Shown: piece after piece, positions 23,489 to 36,153 of the stretch
Layout of the letters: each line of letters opens with the position of its first letter
How positions within the stretch are numbered: position 1 is the first letter of the stretch
NCBI GenBank assembly: GCA_013115145.1
Contig: JAAPAO010000339.1
Span: forward strand, 1-38,194
Direction: 5' to 3'
From: Perkinsus chesapeaki ATCC PRA-425
Taxonomy: Eukaryota > Protista > Perkinsozoa
DNA length: 38,194 nt
Notes under the pieces: model-generated
What the model was told of the DNA's origin: nothing
Seen by the model: the letters and a program-made list of their open reading frames with translations, nothing else
The model's database searches: none
Made by a program: the position numbers and the translations under genes

Positions 23489-26400
23489 ATGTCTTACAGT
23501 GAGAAGGCTAACAGCGCTCTCCTCGACGCTCTGGATAAGGCCAGAAGGAACGCTGAGAACAGCCAAGGAAAGTAGGCCATTTGACTCGGCAAATGTGAAA
23601 ATGATTGTTACCGTTAGTATACGGTCAATATAATATTTCTAGATGACACGTACTGTATGCATCATTGACATATTTTTATTAGTATAGAGTCTCTTCTGAT
23701 TAGATTGTTTATAATTTGTCGCATCCGCCACTGCCTGGTTCTCTTATACCTGCGGCGCTGCTGTCCTGTGGTCCTGATGACATTGCATAGCCTTCCTGTT
23801 CAACTTCACTGCAGTCTCTGTACAGGTACCTCTCATTTGAGATTCAAGGGGCTGCCAGACGTAAAGTGGATGAGAGTGACCTAGTGGCTTACTGCAATGT
23901 ATGGTATAAGATCGAGAGGGACAAGTTCGAGGAGGGCTGGCGTCCCGAGATCGGCAAGACGACCGAATGCGGTGTGTTGTGGGTGCCGGCTTGGGCCCTT
24001 TTTGTAGCGTCCCTCAGGTCGTGGATGGCAGACGGACAGGACCGGTATCTTCCTTCTGAGCAGCCACAGCACAGGGGCGTGGGGCCTCAAGGTGCAAGGC
24101 CGGGTCGAGAGCGTCCGGGCAATGGGCGTGATTGGTGCTGGTTACGCCTTGGGCATCTCTCCTAATGTAAGCTCCGTGGTGTTATCGAACTTGACAACTG
24201 CTCTAGGCTGCGATGGTATGCCCGGCCGCCAGCGATTGGTGGGACTGGCTGGAAGAGCTCAATCTGGTGCGCGGACGATCCCTCCTTTGGGCGTCACGTT
24301 TCCGCAGGTCCGAGATCGTCCGCCAGCTACTATGGTCAAGAGACAGCCCGATGAGAAGGGGAAGAGGGCCAAGTGGGCAGCAGCCGCAACTGTTCCTCCC
24401 ATCTCCGCCCATGGTCGGTACAGGTATCGCTCATACACCCAGGACTCGACAGCGAAGACCTCGGTAGCTGTGAGGCAGTATAAGAATATTATGTGGACCG
24501 ACAAGTGCCGTCAGCATGTAGGTGTGGTGGAGGGGGCAGCGGAGCCTTGGATGGTGTGTTGTAGGTTGACGCTGCCAGGAGGGACATAGAGACCTGTCCA
24601 CCACAGTGGAAGAGGATGGAAGGCCAAGCTGCCCAGAAGAAGTAGGCCTGTCGATTCTGTGGGGGGTTTTAGTGTTGTTAGGTATGAACAGATGTTCCAG
24701 ATGGTGCAGGGTTCGTATCAAGGTGGTGACTACATCCGAGCTGAGCTGGATTATGGACTTAAGATCACCACAGGCAACCTGATATGGTAATAACACATGT
24801 CTCCGCTCATCAACTGCCATTGCATACATTTAAGTGAGACCATATCGTTCTCCGCTCATGTCGGTATAGCTTGATAGTACTCACTCCAAGGACTCAGCTA
24901 TCACTCCGTGGAAGCTCAGACTTACTTGTTTTATTATTATCAGACTCGCTCAGCTCAGCCGGTCTCAGAGGGACTGTTTCGCTTATGTCTGGTGTAACGG
25001 CTTTCCTTATGAATGTGCCGCTTTTCTCAGGTACTGCCAGCAGATTTGGCCAGATTGCGTTCTAGATAAGCTTGGCACCAGATGGCGACCTCGGACCAGT
25101 ACTGTGGCCTGGAAGACTAAGCAGAAAGATTCACGCTACTCTGGAGACAAGGGAGGGGTCTATCTGCCCGACGACACCCATAAGGCCGTCGCTTGTGGGG
25201 AGATCATAGCCCAAGTCAGACGGACGGTCCCCGTTAGGTATCGGCACACCGGCTATGTGTCGGGCAGTGATGCCTATCCTGGCGGCAATTGCAGCGGGCA
25301 TTCCAGACGCTAAGATGGTGGCTCAGAATGCCCCTCAGTTCGATATTTTTTGGGAGTATGTCGGATGGAATAAAAATATGCCTCCACCGGAAGTCCCCAG
25401 CGGTAAGCCTCTATTTTTTTCACGCCGCATGAGCTACTGCTGCTTTATAGAGAAGCCCAGCGGCTGTGGGGCTTGGAGGCGCAGTAGGGCCTATGATGAG
25501 GAGAACGTCGATGACGATGACTTCATGGCCAGACTGTAGGCCGGGCGGGGTGGCTGAGGGCGATGGGCTGGGCAGGTTTAAGAGGGAGAATGACGCTATG
25601 CTGGAGCTGCAATGGTATAATGTGGGGGAGTATAACAGGACTAACGGTCAATGGTGTGGAGGGGAATGCATCCCAGGGGTATCATGGAGTAGGGATGACT
25701 TTGTTGATAATCTAATGTTATGGTGGAGTGATGCTATTGTTGAGGAGGTATGGGGATTATGTAATAGAAGGGATATTCATAATGTTGTTCAGGTTGGAAG
25801 ATTCCGTTATCGCCCTAACTTTATGGACAAAGGAGGGCTGGTATTGGATATAGGTGGTGCCTACACTTCTCTGCAGAGCAAGGAGGCATGGGCTCAGGTA
25901 AGCGTCTCCTTCAACTCCAAAGCTAACTGCTTCTTCTTCTCGACTAGGCGATGATGTGCATGCTTGGCTCCATTATGGCCGGCATACCTGCTGAGATCGC
26001 CGCGCTTATCCCCGCCAGCGATCCTTTCTGGGACTACATATGCGATAAAGAGGGCCCGGAGGTTGTCAGGATCCAGCGATCGTAGGGCCGCTGCCGCCAA
26101 CAAGAGGAGACGGTCTGTTGTGTCAGAAAAATCAGAGCTGCTCGAGATGCACGTTTTGGGGCTGACTGGCAGACTGAGAGGTTCAAGAGGGAGAGCAAAG
26201 GCAGCGGCGGTAGCGCCTTCCAGCCACGGGTAGGTCCAGGGGGCAGTGGTGGTGGTTACTGATGCTTAGGTAGCGAGTGGCGCAAGCTCCAGCCACCAGA
26301 GGGATGAGGAAAATTCTCCTATCGAGGAGACCAAGTACGAGAAAGCAAAACCGAGCTCCGCTGACGCTGGCGGTGGGAAGTCTCCTGAGAAGAGTGGGCT

Positions 26401-26759
26401 CGGACCAGGAGTGACGAGCTGTAAGTGTTTTTTCAGAGCCGCCTGCCAGCAGCGCGCCGAAGATCCCCTCGTCTCCGCCGCCCATCCCTCAGAACTACGC
26501 AGAAGTCTGGGAATGCAGCGGCACTGTTGTGGCCAAGCTCAGCTACAGCCACGGTAACCCCGAATACGCTACGATAAAGTGCGGTGAGAAGTTTCACTGC
26601 AAGTGAGGCTCTTGGGAACTGCTGGCGGCGGGTGCAGAGTCGATCAGGTTCGAAGCTCCGATGCTTTATTATGGCACGATTGAGGACGGCCAGGAGGAGC
26701 AATGGCTGCCGAAGTATGTGGTCACCGCCATTCCGCGAGGAGATATTCGTGGCGCGTGA
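23489..26759 (+). CDS. Tandem-array paralogue 3: three internal repeats, SH3-like domain, C-terminal IRGA
   Basis: Starts MSYSEKANSALLDAL and ends WLPKYVVTAIPRGDIRGA* (TGA 26757-26759). Confidence 0.8.
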
Positions 26760-26925
26760 CGTTGGGTGTGGCAATCAAGTCAGTGGCGAGTTACTAGACT
26801 TTTACATGAACGAATTTTAATGAGTGTTACTATCGAACGAATATGATGAACATGGTTTCCATCCGAGGCTCTCTGAGGTGTTGTTATTGTCTGGTTGCAA
26901 AAGAGAGCAGGATTCAGTGTTAAGC

Positions 26926-28542
26926 ATGTTTGGCCAGCAACAGCCACAGTTTGCCCGATTCTTTGGCACTGCCCAGCCCTCTCCTCACGGAACCCAGCTG
27001 ACAGTGAGACACCGGAGGAGCTAGAGGCATTCGTCTACTGTTATTCTTAGACGGCACCTTTTAATGTTGGCCAGCCTACTCTACAGCAGCCGCAGCCCTA
27101 CGACCCTACTGCTCGCAGTGTTCAGCCCCAGCAGCCGCAGGTACAAGGGATGCCTGCGGTCTCTGGGAGGACTGGTTTCCCCATGACCTACGGCCCAGGA
27201 GCTGTCCAGGCCCCACCGGCGGGCGTTGTCAACAACAGAACGAGTAAAGCGGTTGTATTATTCGCATTCGATGTGTCTTTCTTGTAGTGGGAGCGCCTGC
27301 TGCTGGCAACGTCCTCCAAATGCCACCCGGTGTCCGCAGCGCCCAGCCACAGAGCTTCCAAGCAGCCCAAAGGGCCGAGGTTGGAGCGCCGCAGTATGCC
27401 AGCTCGGTGAAGGCGGCCGTGGTCCAGGCACCACAAGCAGCCGCTCCTCCACAGGTTCCTGCCATTAAGGTAGATCATGTGTGCGACTCAACGGAGGGCT
27501 GCTCGATTTCTTAGAGTCCTCCGGTGGCCGACGAAGCCTCCGTCCGCACAGTACTAGCCGTTACTTCGGAATGCTTTATATTACTGCTCTAGATTGCCGA
27601 CCTAAAGGCGTCGCTCGCCACGAAGACGAGATATATCGCTCAGCTAGAGCAGGAGCTGGAGGCCAGAAACCGGGCCATTCTCAACGGACCTCCGCCCGAG
27701 GTGCTCCGCGGTTAGATCAATCGCGCACCCCATTATGATGCCAGAGTCCTCGCGGCGAGTCCATCAAGAAGCTGAAGGCTCAGCTGGCCTCGAGGGATGC
27801 TCTTATCGACGATCTCCGTGACGAGATACGCCGGCTTAAGGCGGCAATGGTGAGGCTATCATCAAGCCTTCTCCGCCGTTATAATACTCTAGGGAGCATC
27901 GGCATCCCGCTCCCTCAGCCGACCAAGTCCAAGTGACAGTAAGCACACTCCAAGCCCGAGGTGATGTTTGTCCGTGCCTGGGCATCTTTCGACTACCTCC
28001 TTTAGGACGTCCGTTGGGGGCGCCCTCGGCTCTTCCGGAAAATTCCAGGCACACCCGCTGTTGACGGGCAGTCCACAGTTCCCGTATCAGAGCATCAACC
28101 GCGAGGATCCAGTCGACATAAGGTTGGTGAATTCCGAGCTGAACTACTCATATCTCATCTTTCCTCTTGACATGCCGCGATACGGGATCCCCTGTTTAGT
28201 CTGAATCACTCGACGATATTGGAACATTCCGTCATGGCACGAGTCCTGTCTACTTGTGTTTAATCAGGGTTGAGGAGTTCTACAATAATACCTCCTCCGC
28301 GGTTCCTTTGAGAAGAATTAACAGGAAGTTCTACGCATTCGGCTCGGCGCAGCTTGAGATTGATGTGGTCAACGGTAAGCTGCTGGCCCGTTCGGAGGTA
28401 AGCGATATGCCCAGCAAAGCAGGCATTGCCCGGCCTTCAGGACGGCTGGAACAACGGCAAGTACGGTGCCATTGAGAAGTGCCTCGTCCACTTCGAGCCC
28501 GTCGAGCGGGAGAAGGCCGGTATGCCTCCGATTTCTTATTAA
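26926..28542 (+). CDS. Gln/Pro-rich, coiled-coil protein with C-terminal GAS2/GAR-like domain
   Basis: Begins MFGQQQPQF and contains coiled coils (IAQLEQELEARN; IKKLKAQLASRDALIDDLRDEIRRLK). The C-terminus PLRRINRKFYAFGSAQLEIDVVNGKLLARSE|DGWNNGKYGAIEKCLVHFEP resembles GAR-domain GxYxFG...VRVGGGW motifs. Confidence 0.65.
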
Positions 28543-28719
28543 TTAGCATACGAGGCGTGCATGGTATAGTCGCCGCTGGCAACTGGTAAAAGCGTGAGTT
28601 CATACGCACATTCAGCTCATGATTGGTAACATGTTGATAGTGATGTGTTGAACAATACTATGGGGAATCGTCAGTTGCGATTCACGCACGCATCTTAAAC
28701 AGACGGGAGAAATGCGAGC

Positions 28720-31114
28720 TTGAATGGTGTAAAGCTCACGCCACGAGGGGTTGATGAGATCTACACTAGACAATTTGCCCTATGTAGGGGCGCGCAGCTA
28801 GGCATGCTTGCTCAGCGTATCTCAGCAAGAATACTTACGACGTCGGCCAGGGTCGATGGGCTTTTCACATATCCACCTAATCAGTCTTTCATTTGGATTA
28901 AGTCCCGCGAGAATGTCAAGGCCAGTGCTCGGCTCTCATAGGTAAAGCCTGTTGCCACTCCAACGTAAGGAGACATGCCAGGCACAGGTCTCATTCTCTT
29001 GAACGCTGTATCGATGCCATCGCCTCCCGAGTGGACGTACACGCCGCGACCTCGACCGCCCATCCTTGCCACACTAGTAATGACAGAAGTGTCATTGAAG
29101 GCCCCTCGGAAATCCTCATGTCAACCGTCACCAATACACTTCTCAAAGTGACACCGCTTGTCCCTGTTGGGAAGATCGGCGATATTGCTGGTAAAGTCAC
29201 TGGTGACATTCTAAATGGTGCAGCTGACCTCCAGAGAGGAATGGGGAACAGATCGGCTATCGCAGACGATATTTTTATGCCCAAGTCATCCGGAAAGCGC
29301 AAGCCATCTTCGCAAAGCGGAAATGGATGCGCCTCCAATCAAGGGAAATTGTCTGACACCAAAGGATGCGGTCTTTGGGCTGCCTTGCTGTCTGGTGTAG
29401 ATCGCTCAGCCAAGCCCCTTACTGCTAGGAAGGAACAGTCTCCGAACATCATAAGCGACGGCGAGTCGTCAGATTGGAGTGTCGTTGATGATACCCACAG
29501 CGACATTTCCTCGCATCTGGAGCCAGTCGGTTTTCGCTCGTCGGCGAACTCAAATGGGATAATGCCCGTAGCATCGGCCTCTGAGGATCTTTGTACCAGT
29601 GGTGGACTATCTCCGGAATGGGAGGACAACATTCTGTCGCCCCGAAGGGTGTCCGACTCTTCAAGCCGGACACCTTCAGGTAAGCGCCACCTATCGCAAG
29701 CAAGCTTGTGTTAACTCAGATGCGGGTCTTTTCTATCCGGATAGCCTGCTCGACTTTGGCCACGAGAGTGATGAGTTCAGGACTACTCTCGAAAACGAGG
29801 CGCAGCGACGGAGCTCTCACCAACATCGTGACGCAGCACTTTGCACTACGGGATGACCTCCTGATCTTTTCAGAGCCAGCATTGCCTGGTAATGGCCGTC
29901 ATGTCCCCGCATCGATAGACAGTCTCGTCGATGGCGATATAGCCTTTGCTGGTCTCACAGTGGAGGAGATGGATGCCCTGCTCGCCGCGGATGAAGCGCT
30001 GCTCTCCTTGGAGGAACACGGACGGCTCCCAGCACCTAGCTCCGACATTTCCCCGCGGAAGGCCATCCCAGTAAAGGATGACGCCGATTTCCAGAAGGCA
30101 CTGCTGCGGCATCCTCTGCTAATGGAAGACCGGAGACTCCTCGCAACAACCGCTCAGTCTACGCTGCTGCTGCCACGAGCTGATGATCACGGCACCTGCC
30201 ACCGTAACAGCCATTTTAGTGATGGGGCGATACACAGACAGCAGCTCATACTGCCTCCTCATGCCCAAGTGTCCCCCAGTACGCACCTCGGCAATGGAGT
30301 TATCAAACGAGCCCGGGATGCTACGGATGTATCTCATCCTGATCGAGAGATGAAAGTCACTGAATGCCCTCACGGCAGTGGGGAAATAGCATCTGCCGGT
30401 ATTACACACGATATCGGCACCCAACCATTTGCAGCTCCCAAACCCCCAGGGCGGGTCCGTTCGCGACCAGGATGGGATACGGCTACGATCAAACACCCGT
30501 CCGAAGGAAGCGCTATTGCTCCCACGCAACCGATGGCAGAGCTTTCGAATCACTCCAGTACTTTGTCTCACATGGCCGTGGAAACTCTATCACTGGCACC
30601 ACCGTGTCGCGTATCGCGGAACACAGTGAAAGGGCACAACCTGGGTGGCACTGTTGGAAAGCCGCTTGTTAGACCGATGCCGAACGAGCACAATGCCAAG
30701 ATTGTTGGGGTTGATATACGAGAGTCGCTAATGTCCGATAGCATAGCTCCCACTCAAGCGATGGAGGAGGTTAGAAACTGTAGCGTTTCCATTGGCGTAT
30801 CATGCATGGAGACGATGACCGAGGGTCGCTTCGCTAGGCGGCATGCTCGCCTCATTCCTCCAACACAACCGATGTCCGACTCCGACCCTTGTGAAGATAA
30901 TAAGTGGAAAAATGGATTCACTAACCAGTACGGAACAAGAAGGTGCTTCGAAGGTCCAGCATACAAGAAAAAGAAAGGAAATAATAGAAAACTGGTACGT
31001 AATGCGACCTCTACTATTCTACAACCTACCCAGCCCATGGAGACCATGGGGGTGGCTGCTGTCGCGATTGAACCTACACAACCAATGATCTCCTCAGAGA
31101 TCCGCTTTACGTGA
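28720..31114 (+). CDS. Large low-complexity protein with a cluster of PTQPM-type motifs; 5' and 3' ends uncertain
   Basis: ORFs 29031-29714 and 29708-31114 join in frame through two short GT-AG introns (near 29680-29720 and 29828-29873). TQ motifs recur in the last exon. Confidence 0.6.
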
Positions 31115-33104
31115 TAAGCATTTAACTCAGTCCAACTGCTGATTCGCGGTAGTTCAGAGATGATTGTTTGAAAGACTATTGAGCGCACTGTATCACCACG
31201 TCTGCTGGTTTCCTTTGGTAATTGCGCTTATGAGTTCAAACAGTCTGACCTACAACTACAGCCTAGTTTTGTCTACTGTTTCCCAAATACCTTACTCGAA
31301 AACATTCGATAAGCTTATTCTGCGAGCCTCATACGACTCATGACAATGAGTGATCAAAGATTCTGACAATATTTCTAAAAATGTTAGACACCAGTCCCGA
31401 TAACAATTACTGGGTCACTTGTCATGATTCCCATAAATACACCGAAATCAAAGAACTTATACTTAGGTTGTCCTTGGCAGTACACCAGCCTTCCTGCGCG
31501 TTACCTGGTAGTTGCTCTTCTTGCTGTGCGTGCGCATGGTTCCGAATTCTCGGTCGCAACTCAGCGCCGAACTATTGCACGATGTTGAATTTGTCCTTCG
31601 GTCGTTATTCAGGTTGGTTAACAAGGAATTATTCGTACGCACGCACTCGCACATGCATTGTGTATAATACATACGTCGCTAATAATACTCTTCCGCACAA
31701 TAAGCTCCGCAGAGGAGCCTTTGCTCGTCCCGCAATAACGAGTCACGCTTGGAGCACCAGTGACTCCTTGACGTGATTCGGAATCGCTAAGTCTATGTGC
31801 GACGGCCGTTGTTGGGCTGCATAGCGAACTGGAAAGGTGCGCTAGGTAAGATATTCCTGGTCGCCTAGTTGTGTATCCCGTCATTTACATGTTGGTTAAT
31901 GTTCGCGGAAGCTTCTGGCTAAAACGGCCAGCATTTGCATATAGACAACTATTCCAGGGACTCCATCACAACATTGGCACACACAGCAGTAAAATGGTCC
32001 CAAGCGTACTCCTAGACCTGCCTGTGATGGTGATAGTTGTGAGTGTGCTGTATGTGAGGCGAGCCCAGAATGCCCCGCATGTCTCCTTTTCGGTCACGCG
32101 TTGCGGATATTCAGCCGATGTTGTAGGAGATGTCATGGAGTTGGTCTAGCGTATGATCCGTAACACTGATGATTATTAACGCTGTTCTTGTAGTTATGGC
32201 TCTGAACTGCCAGCCATGATGATTCAATCCGTTGCCATTGCTATTATCGCTGTTCGATCATTCTTCATCGATAATGATACAGCTGTCTAACTGAGCTACT
32301 ATCAGGAGCGATATTAGTGATACCTTTGGATGGCAGTGTCGCATCCATACTTCCCCCAGAGACTTATGATATTCAGTCGTACGGGATCCCCTATTTCCAC
32401 CATGAAAGCAGCGGGAAATAACGCCTGTATTTGACAACATATCATGTTTTGCACGATAATGAACTCGTGGATACTGGAATCGAAGTCAGTGGGAATAATA
32501 GTTTCTATTTACCTTTTTAGTTACAAAGTCTACATCAAAATCTAACCAATAATAGTATTATTATAATACCCAGTGACCCTGAGAAATCAATATTAAACTG
32601 AGCAATAATGCCTTTAGGCTGCTAACATGCGGCATGCTACATGCCTACCTCAGGGATGCTAGGCTACTCGGCTGATGGGCAGTGATTCATGGCAGACCGT
32701 AAAAATAGCAAAGTAGATCAATAATCATTCTTGATAGGCTGTTAATAATAGCCCGCAACTGCATAATGTACACCGCACTCATATGCAGCGGTGAGCTAGA
32801 AACCGCCTTCCTAACATCAACATTGATACTAGCGCTTAGCGTTGAATACGCGATGCACTACATCTGATTCGCATCAGACTCAAGGATTCATGCGGTACAT
32901 TCCCCATATCTGTCGCATTGTAGTTTCTTAGACTTGGGAATTTCAACAGAAGCCGACTTCAACTATGCCAACAAAAAACACAGAATGTAATGAAATGAAC
33001 GGCTTAAGAAGAAGCCCCTTCTGAAGAGGTTAATGTCTGGTCTTGGATCGTCAATAATCTGTCATCAAGTAATGTATTGAGAAGTGTCACTTGCCACTGG
33101 AATG

Positions 33105-35051
33105 TCACTTTGGCGCAAGACAGAAAGTTACTTCAGATGGCTGGAGAATAAGAGGGCTAACGAACTTAGGAACAAGAGACGTCATATCATCTTTGATCTT
33201 AATGTCATCAAACCTCCTAAAAATGTTGGCGATCAACATAACAATAACTCTCGTAGCAAAATATTGTCCAGGGCATTGGCGTGGGCCATATCCAAATCCA
33301 ACAAACTCCCGCACCTTCTTCCTGTCTACAGATTTACCATCCTCATTCAACCAACGTTCAGGCCTGGCAATAGCAATGTCCGTCACAACAGAAAGTGTCC
33401 GAGGTTGACTAGCTTACTCGAATAAGGATCCATTCTCGTAGTCATCTATCAATACTTTTTGAAAGCACCCGATAATTCTGGTACCAGCTCGTAGATGCTG
33501 ACCGCACAGTTCGCAGTCTCTTAAGGCAAATATGGGGAGTACGGGTCCGGGAGCTCGTAACTGCAGAACTTTGACTAGAGACACCTCCAGGTGACAATGC
33601 TTACTCTAAGACTCTCAAGCATACACGCCTCTATATAAGGGAGGTTTAGAATATCTTCATAAGTTTCTGGCTCTTTCCCAAGATCAGCTACTTCCGCCTT
33701 GATTCTCTCCTTTATCTGTGGCTTAGAACATATATTTTCCAGTGTCTTCGTTGCCGTTATTGATATAGTATCACCTCCGGCGGCCAAGTACCTGGCAATT
33801 GGGTGAATCAGCAGGAGTATCGAGTCCCCACCAACTCCTACATGTGCATGACGCCCAAAAGTTCATCCTTTGTCAAGTTCGGGGCAGTTCCTAATACCCC
33901 AGTAGTAGCAGATGGGTTCTTTTCTAAATATCTAAGTCGCCTCTGGAGAGTTTCCTCCATAAGTGAGCGTAGCTCATTCCATTGACGGTGGAACTACCGA
34001 AGAGAAAGAACAATACAGGGCGATTGCAGCAAGACGTTCGAGAGAACTTGACGCTTATGAAGTGCCTACTCGTCGAGTCTCCGGGAAGAGCACTTTCCAG
34101 ATAAGCCTGTCTTCATACATAAAGTTGAATCGACTCGTTTGCTTATGGAATGTATCCCTCACGAATCTCACAATCGTTTCTTGTAATTCAGGATTGAAGA
34201 AAGGATCTGAGACGTGAAAACAAATCAAGAGATGATGGTTGGTGGCGTAACATTACCATCAGTGAAGGTATCTCTGTCACCACCAAGAGTAACAATAGAT
34301 GCCATCTTGAAAGCTAAAAATGGGAGTTCAGATGTGATATTCCACTCGACATAGCCATCAAGTAGTTGGCGCCCCTCGATATCTCCAATCTACAAGCGCG
34401 AGACTCGCATCGCATTCTATATGGAGGAGCTTGAGGGCCCCTTAGCATATCTTTAATAGCCTTTGATATCAAGGGAAGAAAGGCGTCAACATAACGTTCA
34501 CTGAGGGGCCATGCCGTTAGCCTTTTTAATCTCGAGAATTCCGATCCTTCTGCCAGACCATAGTTGGGTAGATCAAGAAGAGGAGGGAAGTCAGTCCGGC
34601 TGCATGTATTGATGCGGTTCTTGAATATATTGCGATATACCTTAGGATTTGATACAACGATAATCTTCCCTGTTAGAGTTCTGAAATATAGAAACTCGCT
34701 CATACAGTAGTTGGGGATACATTCTCACCGAAGGCAGAATACATCGCCGTACTTCTCCGCACAATCGAGAATGAAAGCTACTTTGTCCTCTGCGCTCTTG
34801 AAAAGCAAAGGAAGGAGGGACAGCATCTATAATGAATCCGAAGTAACCACAAAACTCATAGACTGACTTCTTACACTTGGTCCAGGTAATGTTGTCGACT
34901 TTTCTTGAAGTTTGTTGATAACCAGCTTAGTCATGGTCACTCCAGCCACCACGGTTCCAGCCGCAATAACGAGAAGCGGGCCCTTACCACGTATACCATC
35001 ATTCTTCATCACATCCTTTAGTCTAGCTACGATGTCCAATAGATATGCCAT
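33105..35051 (-). CDS. Cytochrome P450 (multi-exon)
   Basis: N-terminal hydrophobic anchor plus TLPGP, I-helix AAGGDT, ExxR (ESLR), RPERW and heme motif FGYGPRQCPG. Confidence 0.92.
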
Positions 35052-35276
35052 TTCTCAGATAAGTTGAGATTCAAAGCGCTTCTAGTGCTACAGTCCTGAG
35101 CTAGGCGTGTGACGCGGCCAATCTATCTGACTTGTCCTTACCGACTTGTAATACCGATGGGCACAGGTGCACTTTCGCGTTTTCGATGTGGCTCTTACAC
35201 AAAGTTACAAGTGCAATGAATCGATGCCCTTTAATATCTACCCAAGTACTGCTAGCATTAGATTTGTGAGTTATGC

Positions 35277-35910
35277 TGTAAGTAGTTGAATTGCACGCCT
35301 TGGCTTAGCCAAATTGGCTATGCAGATCACAGTTGCATATACATGAACTAAGCCTCCTTCCATCCCTCCGTTAGTTGGAGTCTACCCCTGGCGCGCAACA
35401 GGCTCACAATAGGTTACAGCAGTCACAAGGTCATTAGTAGACTCTAGTCAATACAGCCCTGGCGGTACTCTGCATGAGGCATCACACAGAGCTAATTCTC
35501 AAAGTTTGTGATTCTGTGCTGGTAGCCATGATACTCAACCCCTCGCTTTCATCTCCGTTCGAAAAGCTTCCTCATGTCTTATCTTTCCCAAGTAGCGTTT
35601 TTGGACGAGCATCTTTTCTTCAATTCGCTCGCCGGTCCAAATGGGATCTATACTTGGCGCGTTGTCGAAGTGCGAGCCTCCAGCACGGAGCGACTAGTGC
35701 TCCGCAGGAGCGTGTACACTTGCACGTTCACTGACTATCTCTTGGGGATCCGTCCATACTAGTAACGCGACAGGGGGTAAATGCTAATGCTGCTCTTATA
35801 TATCTACTATAACAGCTTAACCGTGCCATAATCGATCAAGCTATGGGCGTCGGCGTAATGTACACTGATAGGGAGCTCTGGGGATTCCTTACACGTCCCC
35901 CCTCCCCCTA
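35277..35910 (-). mobile_element. Candidate 3' LTR (35277-35893) with adjacent polypurine tract of a truncated - strand LTR retroelement
   Basis: TGTAAG...CTTACA 6-bp inverted termini. The - strand PPT TAGGGGGAGGGGGG (35897-35910) lies 3 nt before TGTAAG. The left boundary is less certain. Confidence 0.5.
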
Positions 35911-36153
35911 GAGAGACGCACACGCAGCTGCGAAATATAGTTGAGAAATAAATCAAATTAGATGCTCTCAGTATCATCTAGAAATAATAAGGTTGCAGTA
36001 AGCGAAGGTTACAACTTCGAGACGAGGTAATAATGAAGGTTAGCAAAGGGTAATCAGAAATGCTGGATAACAGGAGAGATAGGGTAGGCTTTGAGTCAAT
36101 CTTGCTGTACTTCAATTGGGAAGTTGAGCCTAGCTTCCTGATCCCGAAGGTAC

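Noticed and set aside
15741-26759. Dinoflagellate luciferase (also three repeated domains)
   Set aside because: None of the luciferase motifs I recall are present; only the three-domain idea is shared.
29599-29880. Frameshift or pseudogene between ORFs 29031-29714 and 29708-31114
   Set aside because: Two short canonical introns restore a continuous frame.
31115-32900. Further coding exons or genes after the TQ protein
   Set aside because: Short ORFs with no motifs and no consistent splice path.
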